Source: Planctomycetota bacterium (lineage in GTDB: Bacteria > Planctomycetota > Phycisphaerae > Phycisphaerales > Phycisphaeraceae). From it: a DNA stretch of 40,346 nt. The stretch is from assembly GCA_021784455.1 (NCBI GenBank), contig JAJXSS010000001.1:3236-43581 (forward strand), given 5' to 3'. The notes below the pieces were generated by a model. The model made no database searches. It was not told where the DNA came from and worked only from the letters and a program-made list of their open reading frames with translations. A program made the translations under genes and the position numbers. Shown here piece after piece: positions 8,927 to 17,099 of the stretch. Position 1 is the stretch's first letter. Every line of letters begins with the position of its first letter.

Positions 8927-9736
8927 CTACCGATGGCGGCGGACGAAGTCGGCGTATTGTTCGGGGGTGTCGATGCCGTGGTGGCGCACCTCCCGGATGA
9001 TGACGGTGATGGGGTGGCCGTGTTCCAGGGCGCGGAGCTGCTCGAGCTGTTCGGCCTGCTCCAAGGGGGTAGGGGGCAGTTTCACGTATTGGGCCAGGAA
9101 GCCGCGGCGGTAGGCGTAGAGGCCGATGTGCTTGAAATAGGGGCCGTCGGCGCTGCCACGGTAGTGGGGGATCAGGGCGCGGGAGAAGTAAAGGGCCCGG
9201 GATTTCTGGTCGCACACCACCTTGACGATGTTGGGGTTGCGGGGGTCTTCGCCGGGGGCGAAGGGGCTGGCGACCGTGCCCATGGCGGCAGCCGGATCGG
9301 CCTGCATGGCGGCGACGAGGCCGTCGATGACGGCCGGATCGATCTCCGGTTCGTCGCCTTGAAGGTTGACGATAAGGTCGAAGTCGGGGCCCGGGGCTGG
9401 GGGCCAGGGACCGGGGGAAGAGGTGCCGCCCTGTCCTTTGCGTGCGCCTTGCTCCTTGCCCCTTGCCCCTTCGCGGGACAGGTTTTCGACGGCTTCGGCG
9501 ATGCGGCTGGTGCCGTTGGGGTGGTCGGCGCGGGTCATGACCACTTCGGCGCCGAAGGAACTGACGGTGTCGAAGATGCGCTGGTCGTCGGTGGCCACGA
9601 CGATGCGTGAAAGCGAACGGGCCTTACGAGCCTGTTCCACCACGTGCTGGATGAGGGGTTTGCCTGTCTCCTGGACCAGCGGCTTGCCGGGGAAGCGGGT
9701 GGAGGCGAAGCGGGCAGGAATGATAGCCAGGGGCAT
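8927..9736 (-). CDS. kdsB: 3-deoxy-manno-octulosonate cytidylyltransferase (CMP-Kdo synthetase) with an internal low-complexity insertion
   Basis: Collinear with E. coli KdsB as I recall it: IIPARFASTRFPGKPL, VATDD, MTRADHPNGTSRIAEAV, NLQGDEP, YFSRA, GIYAYR, LEQLRALE, GIDTPE. Start taken at MPLAIIPAR. Confidence 0.93.
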   Translation of the reverse strand: MPLAIIPARFASTRFPGKPLVQETGKPLIQHVVEQARKARSLSRIVVATDDQRIFDTVSSFGAEVVMTRADHPNGTSRIAEAVENLSREGARGKEQGARKGQGGTSSPGPWPPAPGPDFDLIVNLQGDEPEIDPAVIDGLVAAMQADPAAAMGTVASPFAPGEDPRNPNIVKVVCDQKSRALYFSRALIPHYRGSADGPYFKHIGLYAYRRGFLAQYVKLPPTPLEQAEQLEQLRALEHGHPITVIIREVRHHGIDTPEQYADFVRRHR

Positions 9737-9740
9737 GGGG

Positions 9741-9840
9741 GAATTTTCGATTCGGGATCTTCGGTTTGTGAACTGCGGATTTCCAGTGAAGGCCCCGGAC
9801 CGCACGGCCCGCTTCGGGCAATCGAAAATCGGGAATTACT
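9741..9840. repeat. Imperfect inverted/direct repeat element B between kdsB start and the upstream TPR gene stop
   Basis: ATTTTCGATT (9743-9752) pairs with AATCGAAAAT (9820-9829). Both arms also share direct TCGGGA(A)T...CTTCGG units. The core is GC-rich. Confidence 0.55.
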
Positions 9841-11428
9841 TCGGTTGGCTGAGCTTGTCGGCCAGATCCTTGAGCTTGGCGCGGCGGTCGCGGATATCGC
9901 GGAAGTTGATGTCGATCTGGATGATGCCCGAGGCGATTTCCTGGGCTTCCCGGGCCTGGTCCGGGTTGTGGCTCTTTTCGGACGAGCGGGCCAGGGCGTC
10001 CATGAGCAGGTAGCGCAGGTCCAAGGCCAGGCGATCGTCGGTCAGGGGATGGGTCTTGATGCCGTTGCGCAGGGTGCCGATGGCCTCATCGAACCAGCCC
10101 TTTTCCAGGTAACACATGCCCAGGAACTGCAGGGAGGGCACGCGGAACTTGGCATCGGCCTGGGCCTCCTGGAAGGCGGCGATGGCCTCGTCAAATTTCT
10201 TGACCAGGAACAGCCGCTTGCCCAGTTCGAAGCGTTTGCCCATATCGGTGGGATAGTTCTTGACCCGCTCGGTGAATTCCTCGAGTTCGAACTGGATCTT
10301 GACGCGGCTGATCTCGACGTACTGTTTGCGGGCCTCGGCATCGTGGGGATCGGCTTCGAGCTTGGGCCGAAGGGCCCGCAGATGCCGGTTGAGCTGGCGC
10401 ATGTAGATGTCGCCGCGGCGCATTTTCAGGGCATACTGGCCGCTGTCTTCCCAGGCCTTGGTCAAGAGCGTCATCGCCTCGTTTTCCGACTCGTCGGTGC
10501 TCTTTTGCACGAGGGCCTCGACCAGGCGGGCCAGGCGAGCGTTGTCCTGGGGGTTCTCATCGAATTCCCCGCGGCGGCGGCGGACCATCTCATCGACGGC
10601 CGATTCCGTCTGGCTGATGCGGTCTTCCTGGTCCAGGACGCGCTGCTCGTCGATGTCCTTGACCGCGGCGGTGAAGCTGCCTTCCCCGCCGGTGGCCGCG
10701 GCGCCGTAGCCGCCTTTCTGCATGGTGCGTTCGGCTTCCAGGTCTTTCAGGGACTGGAGGAGATGCGGATCGTTTTCGGCCAGTTGCAGGGCCATGCGGC
10801 AGGCCTGCACGGCCCGGTCATAGGCATGCATCGCTTCCAGGGCGTCGCGGGCCTTGACCCACTGCGACTTGTTGAGTTTCTTGGCGGCCTGCCCCGGCTC
10901 CAGCAGAATGCCCCCCAGCCAGTCCACCACGGGGCCCATGAGCAGGCCCGAGATCGTGCGCTGGGCCTCGACGGCCTCTTCCAATATGTTCAGGGCGTGG
11001 ACGGGATTGAGCGGGTCCAGAGCCCAGAACTTCTCGTAATGGACCATTTTTTCGATGGCGGTCTTGCCGGCCGATTTGAGCTGGTCGAACATCCCCGCGG
11101 GCTTGCCCCCCGAGACCTTGCGGCGCTTGGCCACTTCGCGCAGGGCTTCATGGACCTTCAGGTTGTCGGGGTCGAATTTCAGGCCGCTGGTGTAGCACTC
11201 GATGGCGTAATCGAAGTTACTGGTGTCGGCCGAGGCCTGGGCGTGTTTGAACCACGTGGCGGCCTTACGCGGGTCGCGCTTAAAGGGGAGGGGAGCATTA
11301 TTGCCGTCTTTCTTGAACAGGGCCAAGGCAACACCTTTTCTGGACACACCGGCGGCGGGTGCAAGTGAGGCGGGAGAAGATACTTCCAATCTAAGGCACT
11401 GGCCGGGGATGTCAACTGGGGCCAGCAC
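9836..11428 (-). CDS. TPR-repeat protein of unknown function
   Basis: Long ORF with helical-repeat texture (FDYAIECYTSGLKFDPDN, FDEAIAAFQEAQAD, WFDEAIGTLRNGIKTHP). Start uncertain: GTG 11428 or TTG 11326. The TTG is preceded by AAAAGGTG with 5-nt spacing. Confidence 0.75.
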   Translation of the reverse strand: MLAPVDIPGQCLRLEVSSPASLAPAAGVSRKGVALALFKKDGNNAPLPFKRDPRKAATWFKHAQASADTSNFDYAIECYTSGLKFDPDNLKVHEALREVAKRRKVSGGKPAGMFDQLKSAGKTAIEKMVHYEKFWALDPLNPVHALNILEEAVEAQRTISGLLMGPVVDWLGGILLEPGQAAKKLNKSQWVKARDALEAMHAYDRAVQACRMALQLAENDPHLLQSLKDLEAERTMQKGGYGAAATGGEGSFTAAVKDIDEQRVLDQEDRISQTESAVDEMVRRRRGEFDENPQDNARLARLVEALVQKSTDESENEAMTLLTKAWEDSGQYALKMRRGDIYMRQLNRHLRALRPKLEADPHDAEARKQYVEISRVKIQFELEEFTERVKNYPTDMGKRFELGKRLFLVKKFDEAIAAFQEAQADAKFRVPSLQFLGMCYLEKGWFDEAIGTLRNGIKTHPLTDDRLALDLRYLLMDALARSSEKSHNPDQAREAQEIASGIIQIDINFRDIRDRRAKLKDLADKLSQPK

Positions 11429-11573
11429 CCTGGAAACTCGTTTTTTGTGTCGTCATGGTTACACTGGGCGGCGTGACATCGTTCGGGAATGATTTTGTCC
11501 TGCCTCAACCTCTGAGCCTGTCGCTGTGGGCGGCGGTGCGCCCGCCGGGCGACTTCAAGGCCAAGGAGCAGTC

Positions 11574-12416
11574 ATGATTCGCAACGCACACGACAAGCCT
11601 ATTCCGCTGGCGATTCATGGGGCGGCGGGGCGGATGGGGCGGCGGCTGGTGGCTTTGGCCAGTGAGGACAAGCAGTGGCGGCTGGCGGCGGCCATCGAGG
11701 CGCCGGGCCATGGGCTTCTGGGGCAGGATGCCGGGCTTCTGGCCGGGGGGCCCGCCCTGGGCGTCAAACTGACCGACCAACTGCCCCAGGCCCGCGGCAG
11801 CGGCACGCTGGCGGAGGCGCCCGATGTCATGATCGATTTCTCCCAGCCTCCGGCCTTCCGCCAGGCCTTGGCGGCCTGCCGCCAGGCGGGCGTTGCCCTG
11901 GTCGTGGGGACCACCGGCCTGACGGCCGACGACCATCGGGCCATTGATGATGCCGCCAAGGCGATTGCGGTGCTCCAGGCGCCCAATATGAGCCTGGGCG
12001 TCAACCTGATGCTGAACGTGGTGGCCCAGGTGGCCCGCACCCTGGGGGACGACTACGACATCGAAATCACCGAGGCCCACCACCGCTTCAAGAAGGATGC
12101 CCCCTCGGGCACGGCCCTGGCGATCGCCCAGGCCATCTGCGCGGCCACGGGCAAGGACCTCCGGAAGGACATCGTACACGGGCGGCACGGGGAGGATGCG
12201 ACACGGGTGCGCGGCCAGATCGGCATGCACGCCCTGCGTCTGGGGGATGTGGTGGGGGAGCACACCGCCAGTTTCGCCACCCTGGGCGAGCGGCTGGAGG
12301 TGACGCACGTGGCCAGCAACCGGGATGTCTTCGTGCGCGGGGCCCTGACCGCGGCCCGCTGGCTGGTGGACCGGGAGCCCGGCCGCTACGGGATGAAGGA
12401 TGTGCTGGGGCTGTGA
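11574..12416 (+). CDS. dapB: 4-hydroxy-tetrahydrodipicolinate reductase
   Basis: GAAGRMGR nucleotide-binding motif, VMIDFS, VVGTTG, NMSLGVN, EAHHRFKKDAPSGTA (the E-x-HH-x-K-x-DAPSGTA signature). AAGGAG lies upstream of ATG 11574. Confidence 0.93.
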   Translation: MIRNAHDKPIPLAIHGAAGRMGRRLVALASEDKQWRLAAAIEAPGHGLLGQDAGLLAGGPALGVKLTDQLPQARGSGTLAEAPDVMIDFSQPPAFRQALAACRQAGVALVVGTTGLTADDHRAIDDAAKAIAVLQAPNMSLGVNLMLNVVAQVARTLGDDYDIEITEAHHRFKKDAPSGTALAIAQAICAATGKDLRKDIVHGRHGEDATRVRGQIGMHALRLGDVVGEHTASFATLGERLEVTHVASNRDVFVRGALTAARWLVDREPGRYGMKDVLGL

Positions 12417-12421
12417 GAAAT

Positions 12422-12520
12422 GCAAAGTTCAAAGTTCAAGATTCAGAGTGAAGAACCACCCGGGACAAATGCGTGACGAACGAACTGGTCCAATTTTGAA
12501 CTTTGAATTGTGAACCTTGC
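12422..12520. repeat. Long imperfect inverted repeat element C between dapB and the GT4 transferase gene
   Basis: GCAAAGTTCA (12422-12431) pairs with TGAACCTTGC (12511-12520), and TTCAAAGTTCAA (12428-12439) pairs with TTGAACTTTGAA (12496-12507). The arms are tandem AAGTTC-type units around a core of about 55 nt. Confidence 0.65.
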
Positions 12521-12530
12521 CCTATCGCCC

Positions 12531-13661
12531 ATGGTTACCCTGTGTCTACTTCTGGCCGTCCTTGCCCTGGTGATCAGCCTGCCGCTGACCTGGGGTGTCA
12601 TCCGGGCAGGGTATCGGCTGGGGCAGGTGGACCGGCCGGAAGACCCCGCGGCGGGGGGGCGCAAGTGGCACGGGCGGGTGGTGCCCAACACGGGCGGGAT
12701 CGCGATTTTCTGGGCCCTGGCCGGGCCGATGGCCGCGGGCCTGCTGCTGGTCTGGCTGGCCCCGGCCCTGGTGCGGCAGGCCTGGCCCGCGGCGGCGCCG
12801 CATCTGCCGGGCCTGAAGCAGGAGACGCCCCTGGCCCTGGCCATGCTGGGGGGCATGGCGGTGCTGCACGTGCTGGGGCTGGTGGATGACCGGCGGCGTC
12901 TGGGACCGTTTGTGAAGCTGGGGGTTCAGGTGCTGGTGGCGCTGGCGCTGGCGGTGTTTTTCGAGGTGCGGGTGCTGGAGTTCCTGGGCCACTGGTATGG
13001 TCGGGCCGGAGCCGCCATCAGCGTGGTCCTGACGGTGCTGTGGATTTTGACCATCACCAACGCCATGAACTTTCTGGACAACATGGACGGTTTGTCCGGG
13101 GGCATCGGGGCCCTCATTGCGGGGCTGTACCTGGCGGCCAACCTGGTGGGGGGGCAGTGGTTCGTGGCCGCGGTGGCGGCGCTGCTGCTGGGCGCCCTCT
13201 TGGGTTTCCTGGTGTTCAATTTTCCGCCGGCCCGGGTTTTCATGGGGGATGGGGGCTCGCTGGTGCTGGGCTACACGCTGGCTTTGATCAGCATTCGCAC
13301 CACCTATGTGGGCGAGCCCTCCCCCCAGGCCGTGACCGGCCCGGGCCACTGGTACGGGGTGCTGATGCCGCTGGTGGTGATGGCGGTGCCGCTTTACGAC
13401 ATCACCTCGGTGACGCTGATCCGCCTTAAGCATGGCCGCAGTCCGTTCGTGGGGGACCGCAATCACTTTTCCCATCGTCTGGTGCGGATGGGGTTGTCGC
13501 AGCGCGGGGCGGTGATCGTGATCTGGGCCTGTACCCTGGCCACCGGCCTGGGGGGCGTGATGCTGCGCACGCTGAACCTGTGGCAGGCGGTACTGGTGGC
13601 GGGGCAGACGGGGGCGGTGCTGTTGACGTTGGCGGTCGTGGAACGCAGCGGAAGTAAGTAG
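12531..13661 (+). CDS. Glycosyltransferase family 4 polyprenyl-phosphate sugar-1-phosphate transferase (WecA/MraY family)
   Basis: Multi-TM protein with RKWHGRVVPNTGGIAIF, DDRR, and the NAMNFLDNMDGLSGG and MGDGGS motifs of the MraY/WecA superfamily. ATG 12531 is preferred because GTG 12510 lies inside repeat C. Confidence 0.88.
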   Translation: MVTLCLLLAVLALVISLPLTWGVIRAGYRLGQVDRPEDPAAGGRKWHGRVVPNTGGIAIFWALAGPMAAGLLLVWLAPALVRQAWPAAAPHLPGLKQETPLALAMLGGMAVLHVLGLVDDRRRLGPFVKLGVQVLVALALAVFFEVRVLEFLGHWYGRAGAAISVVLTVLWILTITNAMNFLDNMDGLSGGIGALIAGLYLAANLVGGQWFVAAVAALLLGALLGFLVFNFPPARVFMGDGGSLVLGYTLALISIRTTYVGEPSPQAVTGPGHWYGVLMPLVVMAVPLYDITSVTLIRLKHGRSPFVGDRNHFSHRLVRMGLSQRGAVIVIWACTLATGLGGVMLRTLNLWQAVLVAGQTGAVLLTLAVVERSGSK

Positions 13662-13747
13662 GATTGGTGCAGGGTAAAGGTACGTTCTCAAGAAGTTCGG
13701 CCAAGGCCGAACCTGCCAGAGGGGCCGGCGAACCGATCAACCAGATT

Positions 13748-15691
13748 ATGTGCGGTATTGTGGGGTTTACAACATCGCTGGCCGCCGACCGCGCTCCGGC
13801 GGAGGTCTTGGAGTCCATGATGGACGCCCTGGCCCACCGCGGGCCGGACGGGCGGGGGCAGCATATCGACCCGGTCATGGCCCTGGGGCACCGGCGCCTG
13901 TCCATCATCGACATCGAGGGCGGGGTGCAGCCCATGTCGGATGCCACCGGCCGGTACACGCTGGTCTTCAACGGCGAGGTGTACAACTACGTGGAACTGC
14001 GGCGGGAACTGGTGAGCCAGGGCCTGCATTTCCGTACGCGCTCGGATACCGAGGTGCTGCTGGGGGCCTTGCTGCACTGGGGAAGGGATGCCCTGGAGCG
14101 GCTCGATGGCATGTATGCCTTTGCCCTGTGGGATGCCCACCAGCGGCGGCTGCTGCTGGGGCGCGATCGCATCGGCATCAAGCCGCTGTACTACGCGCCC
14201 CTGGGCGCGGGGCTGGCGTTTGCATCGGAACTGAAGGCCTTGCTGGCCCTGCCGGCCCTGCCGCGGCGTCTGGATGTCCTGTCGGTGAGCAAGTACTTCA
14301 CTTTCGGCTACGTGCCGGCGCCGGCGAGCATCTACGAGGATGTGCGCAAGCTGGAGCCGGGACACTGGCTGACCTGGGATGGCCAGGAGGTCGAGACCGG
14401 CTCCTACTGGGACCTGCCTTTGACCGATCATCCCGTGGCCAGCGCCAACGTAGACGAGTGTGCGACGCGTCTGCTCTCGCTCTTGAAGGATTCCGTACAC
14501 CGGCAGTTGCGCAGTGATGTGCCGGTGGGGGTGTTCCTTTCCGGGGGCATCGATTCCTCTACCATCACCGCCCTGGCGGCGGACCAGCTTCTGACTCCCG
14601 GGGGGCGCGGGCACGGGCACAAGGGGGAACTGCACAGCTTTTCCATCGGCTTTGACCACCGCAGCTACGATGAATCACCCTATGCCCGGCAGGTGGCCGG
14701 GCTGCTGGGTACGCAGCACCATCACCAGGTGCTGTCCGTCCAGAACGCGATGGCGGTGTTTGCGCAGGTAATGCGGGTGGCGGATGAGCCCCTGGCCGAC
14801 GCGTCGATCCTGCCGACCTACCTGCTGTGCCGGCTGGCGGCCCAGCACGTCAAGGTGGTGCTGGGCGGCGACGGGGGGGATGAACTGTTTGCCGGTTACC
14901 CTTCGTTCCAGGCCCACCGGGCGGTGCAGGCGCTGTCGTTTCTGCCCACCTCCTGGCGCGATCGTTTCGCCCGTCTGGCCCGGGCCAGTGTGCCGCATGT
15001 GGGCCTGCCGGTGTCACATCGCTATGCCAGCCTGGGTTTTCTGGCCGGGCAATTCGTCAAGGGGCTGGGCCTGTCGCCGGAGGCCCGGTTCATGCTGTGG
15101 ATGGGCTTTGCCAACAATGCGGAGAAGGAGGAGTTGTTTTCGGCCGACCTCAAGCAGCGGCTGCTGCGCTCGGATGCGTTTGAGGATGTGGTGCGGCTGG
15201 TGCGTCAGAGCCACCTGCACCGGGACCTGGCGCGTCTCTTGTACCTGTGCACCAAGATGTACTTCCAGGACGGTATCCTGGTGAAGGTGGACCGGGCCAG
15301 CATGGCCCACGGCCTGGAAGTGCGGGTGCCCTTCATGGACCGGGACGTGGTGGAATACGCCAGCCGCATTCAGCCCTTCTACAAGCTGCACGGTTTGACC
15401 ACGAAGTACGTGCTCAAGCACGCCGTGCGCCGGCTGCTGCCGGCCAACATTATCCATCGCCGCAAGGCCGGGTTCATGATGCCGGTGGCGGTCTGGCTGG
15501 AGACGGACATGCGGGCGGTGGTCGAGGACCTGTGCTCGGAGCGGGAGCTGGCCCAGACGGGGCTCTTCAATCCGACGTATGTGCGGCGCCTTCTGAACGA
15601 GCATTTCGAACGTAAGCGCGACCACCGCAAGCGCATCTGGCCGATCCTGTGTTTCATGGCGTGGCGGAGGAATTATGGGTGGACGGATTGA
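13748..15691 (+). CDS. asnB: Asparagine synthase (glutamine-hydrolysing) family amidotransferase
   Basis: N-terminal MCGIVGF (Ntn catalytic Cys2), HRGPDG, RRLSIID, NGEVYNY and SDTEV, plus the synthetase-domain PP-loop FLSGGIDSS. Confidence 0.92.
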   Translation: MCGIVGFTTSLAADRAPAEVLESMMDALAHRGPDGRGQHIDPVMALGHRRLSIIDIEGGVQPMSDATGRYTLVFNGEVYNYVELRRELVSQGLHFRTRSDTEVLLGALLHWGRDALERLDGMYAFALWDAHQRRLLLGRDRIGIKPLYYAPLGAGLAFASELKALLALPALPRRLDVLSVSKYFTFGYVPAPASIYEDVRKLEPGHWLTWDGQEVETGSYWDLPLTDHPVASANVDECATRLLSLLKDSVHRQLRSDVPVGVFLSGGIDSSTITALAADQLLTPGGRGHGHKGELHSFSIGFDHRSYDESPYARQVAGLLGTQHHHQVLSVQNAMAVFAQVMRVADEPLADASILPTYLLCRLAAQHVKVVLGGDGGDELFAGYPSFQAHRAVQALSFLPTSWRDRFARLARASVPHVGLPVSHRYASLGFLAGQFVKGLGLSPEARFMLWMGFANNAEKEELFSADLKQRLLRSDAFEDVVRLVRQSHLHRDLARLLYLCTKMYFQDGILVKVDRASMAHGLEVRVPFMDRDVVEYASRIQPFYKLHGLTTKYVLKHAVRRLLPANIIHRRKAGFMMPVAVWLETDMRAVVEDLCSERELAQTGLFNPTYVRRLLNEHFERKRDHRKRIWPILCFMAWRRNYGWTD

Positions 15692-16881
15692 CCCCGCTCG
15701 AATTCGGGTATCACCCGACGCATGAATTCATCGAAGAGTGGAACGCTGAAAGCCAGATCGCCATGAGCGGGGCTGTAGATCATGCCTTTCTTGATGAGGC
15801 CGGCTCGTAAAGGACCGGTTGTGCTCATCTTGACCCTCAGGCAGTCGGCAATAGCGGGAGTTCGGTAGGGGCCGCTTCCCAGTTGCGCCATGGCGCGGAG
15901 ATAATCTTTCTCACGGGGAGTCAGACGGTCGAAACGTACGCGGAAGAAATTCTTGTCCAACCGCTCAATAACGCTCGTAGTCGCTTCCCCAACGAGTTGT
16001 GCCGTGATCGGTGAAGACGGCGCAAGATTCCAGGACTGATATCCCCATTCCTGGAGGAAGTACGGGTATCCTTTGGTCAGGTGGAATATCCTGTCGAGCG
16101 CCGCGGATTCGAACTCGACCTCCATTGCTTTCACCGGGTCTTGAAGCGCCCTGGCCACGTCCAACTGCGACAACGGTCCCAGGTCGGGGAAGTTGAACAG
16201 ACGTTCCGCATAAGATTTTGATTCGCCGGCCAGGCCTGGAAGGATCGGTAGGCCGGCTCCGACCAGCACCAGCGGAAGCTGCCGCTGCTGCATGCGGTGC
16301 ATGGCCATGATGAGCGCGCCAAGTTCGGCCGCCGTGAAGTATTGAAGCTCGTCGATGAAAACAGCCACGGCGGTGTGCCGCTCTTGGGCAGCCTCGGCCA
16401 CCGCGGCCAAGAGGTTCGGCAGATCCGCCTCCAGATCACCGCTGTCGGCGGCGCCCCTTTCGGGATCCACATCAATGCCGAATTCCGCGTCCCCATATCC
16501 AACCTTGATCGTACCGATGAAGCTCCTAAGGACACGAATGGCGCGTCTGACCTTATCGCCGGCCCCGGCCATTCGGTCCAGCTCATACAGGACGCGCCGA
16601 AGATGGGGTACAAGCATGGCGGACATTGGTTTGTCCTCCATGGCTTCGATGTGGATGGTCCGGTAGCCAAGATCCTGGCTTAAGGCCAAACGCTCAATCT
16701 CGTTGAGCAATACTGTTTTGCCTACCCCGCGCAAACCGGTCATGAGCAGGCTCTTCTCCGGCCGCTTTGCCAAAACCCGGGCCAACAAAATGCGGGCTTG
16801 CTCCAGAATTGTTTCACGACCGGCGAGTTCGGGCGGCGGGGATCCAGCGCCAGGTGAGAAGGGGTTCTTGATGGGATCCAT
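15673..16881 (-). CDS. AAA+ ATP-binding protein, Arch_ATPase/Orc1-Cdc6-like fold with predicted C-terminal winged-helix domain
   Basis: NPFSPGAGSPPPELAGRE N-terminal signature, Walker A GLRGVGKT, Walker B VFIDELQY, and a C-terminal LTPREKDYLRAMAQLG...GLIKKGMIY wHTH-like segment. The gene body is visibly lower in GC than its neighbours. Its 3' end overlaps the asnB 3' end by 19 nt (convergent). Confidence 0.85.
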   Translation of the reverse strand: MDPIKNPFSPGAGSPPPELAGRETILEQARILLARVLAKRPEKSLLMTGLRGVGKTVLLNEIERLALSQDLGYRTIHIEAMEDKPMSAMLVPHLRRVLYELDRMAGAGDKVRRAIRVLRSFIGTIKVGYGDAEFGIDVDPERGAADSGDLEADLPNLLAAVAEAAQERHTAVAVFIDELQYFTAAELGALIMAMHRMQQRQLPLVLVGAGLPILPGLAGESKSYAERLFNFPDLGPLSQLDVARALQDPVKAMEVEFESAALDRIFHLTKGYPYFLQEWGYQSWNLAPSSPITAQLVGEATTSVIERLDKNFFRVRFDRLTPREKDYLRAMAQLGSGPYRTPAIADCLRVKMSTTGPLRAGLIKKGMIYSPAHGDLAFSVPLFDEFMRRVIPEFERGQSVHP

Positions 16882-16903
16882 CGTGGGCTCATTTCTAGTA
16901 ATT

Positions 16904-16917
16904 TATACTATAGTATA
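16904..16917. promoter_or_regulatory. Perfect 14-bp palindrome TATACTATAGTATA, candidate operator or promoter element just upstream of the ATPase start
   Basis: The sequence is self-complementary and lies 23 nt upstream of the ATPase ATG (16881), inside a very AT-rich stretch (about 16882-17040). That stretch also contains GGTGGTT-CC-AACCACC (16949-16964) and TATATATATTAATAGATATA. Confidence 0.45.
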
Positions 16918-17099
16918 GGCTGTTTGGCGTATAAATCGCTAGCTATTTGGTGGTTCCAACCACCGCAAGATTTGGCATAACTTACATTTATAACTATTTT
17001 ATTTATATATATTAATAGATATAAATACCGATGGATTGAGTTGGCGCAAGGAACGATCATTTTGTCGGCGAGTTGGCTTTGGGTACCTTGCTTGGTCTT

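Noticed and set aside
9644-11368. 574-aa plus-strand ORF
   Set aside because: It is antisense to the TPR protein gene. Its composition is low-complexity and G/A/L/V/D-rich with no recognisable domain. It is a shadow frame.
12546-13691. 381-aa minus-strand ORF
   Set aside because: It is antisense to the WecA/MraY-family gene. The product is extremely His/Gln/Pro/Arg-rich.
15682-17039. Direct repeat GACGGATTGA (15682-15691) / GATGGATTGA (17030-17039) flanking the low-GC island, considered as a target-site duplication
   Set aside because: The match is only 9 of 10 and could be chance. The ATPase ORF reads through the left copy, and no integrase or transposase is present. I noted it as weak support only.
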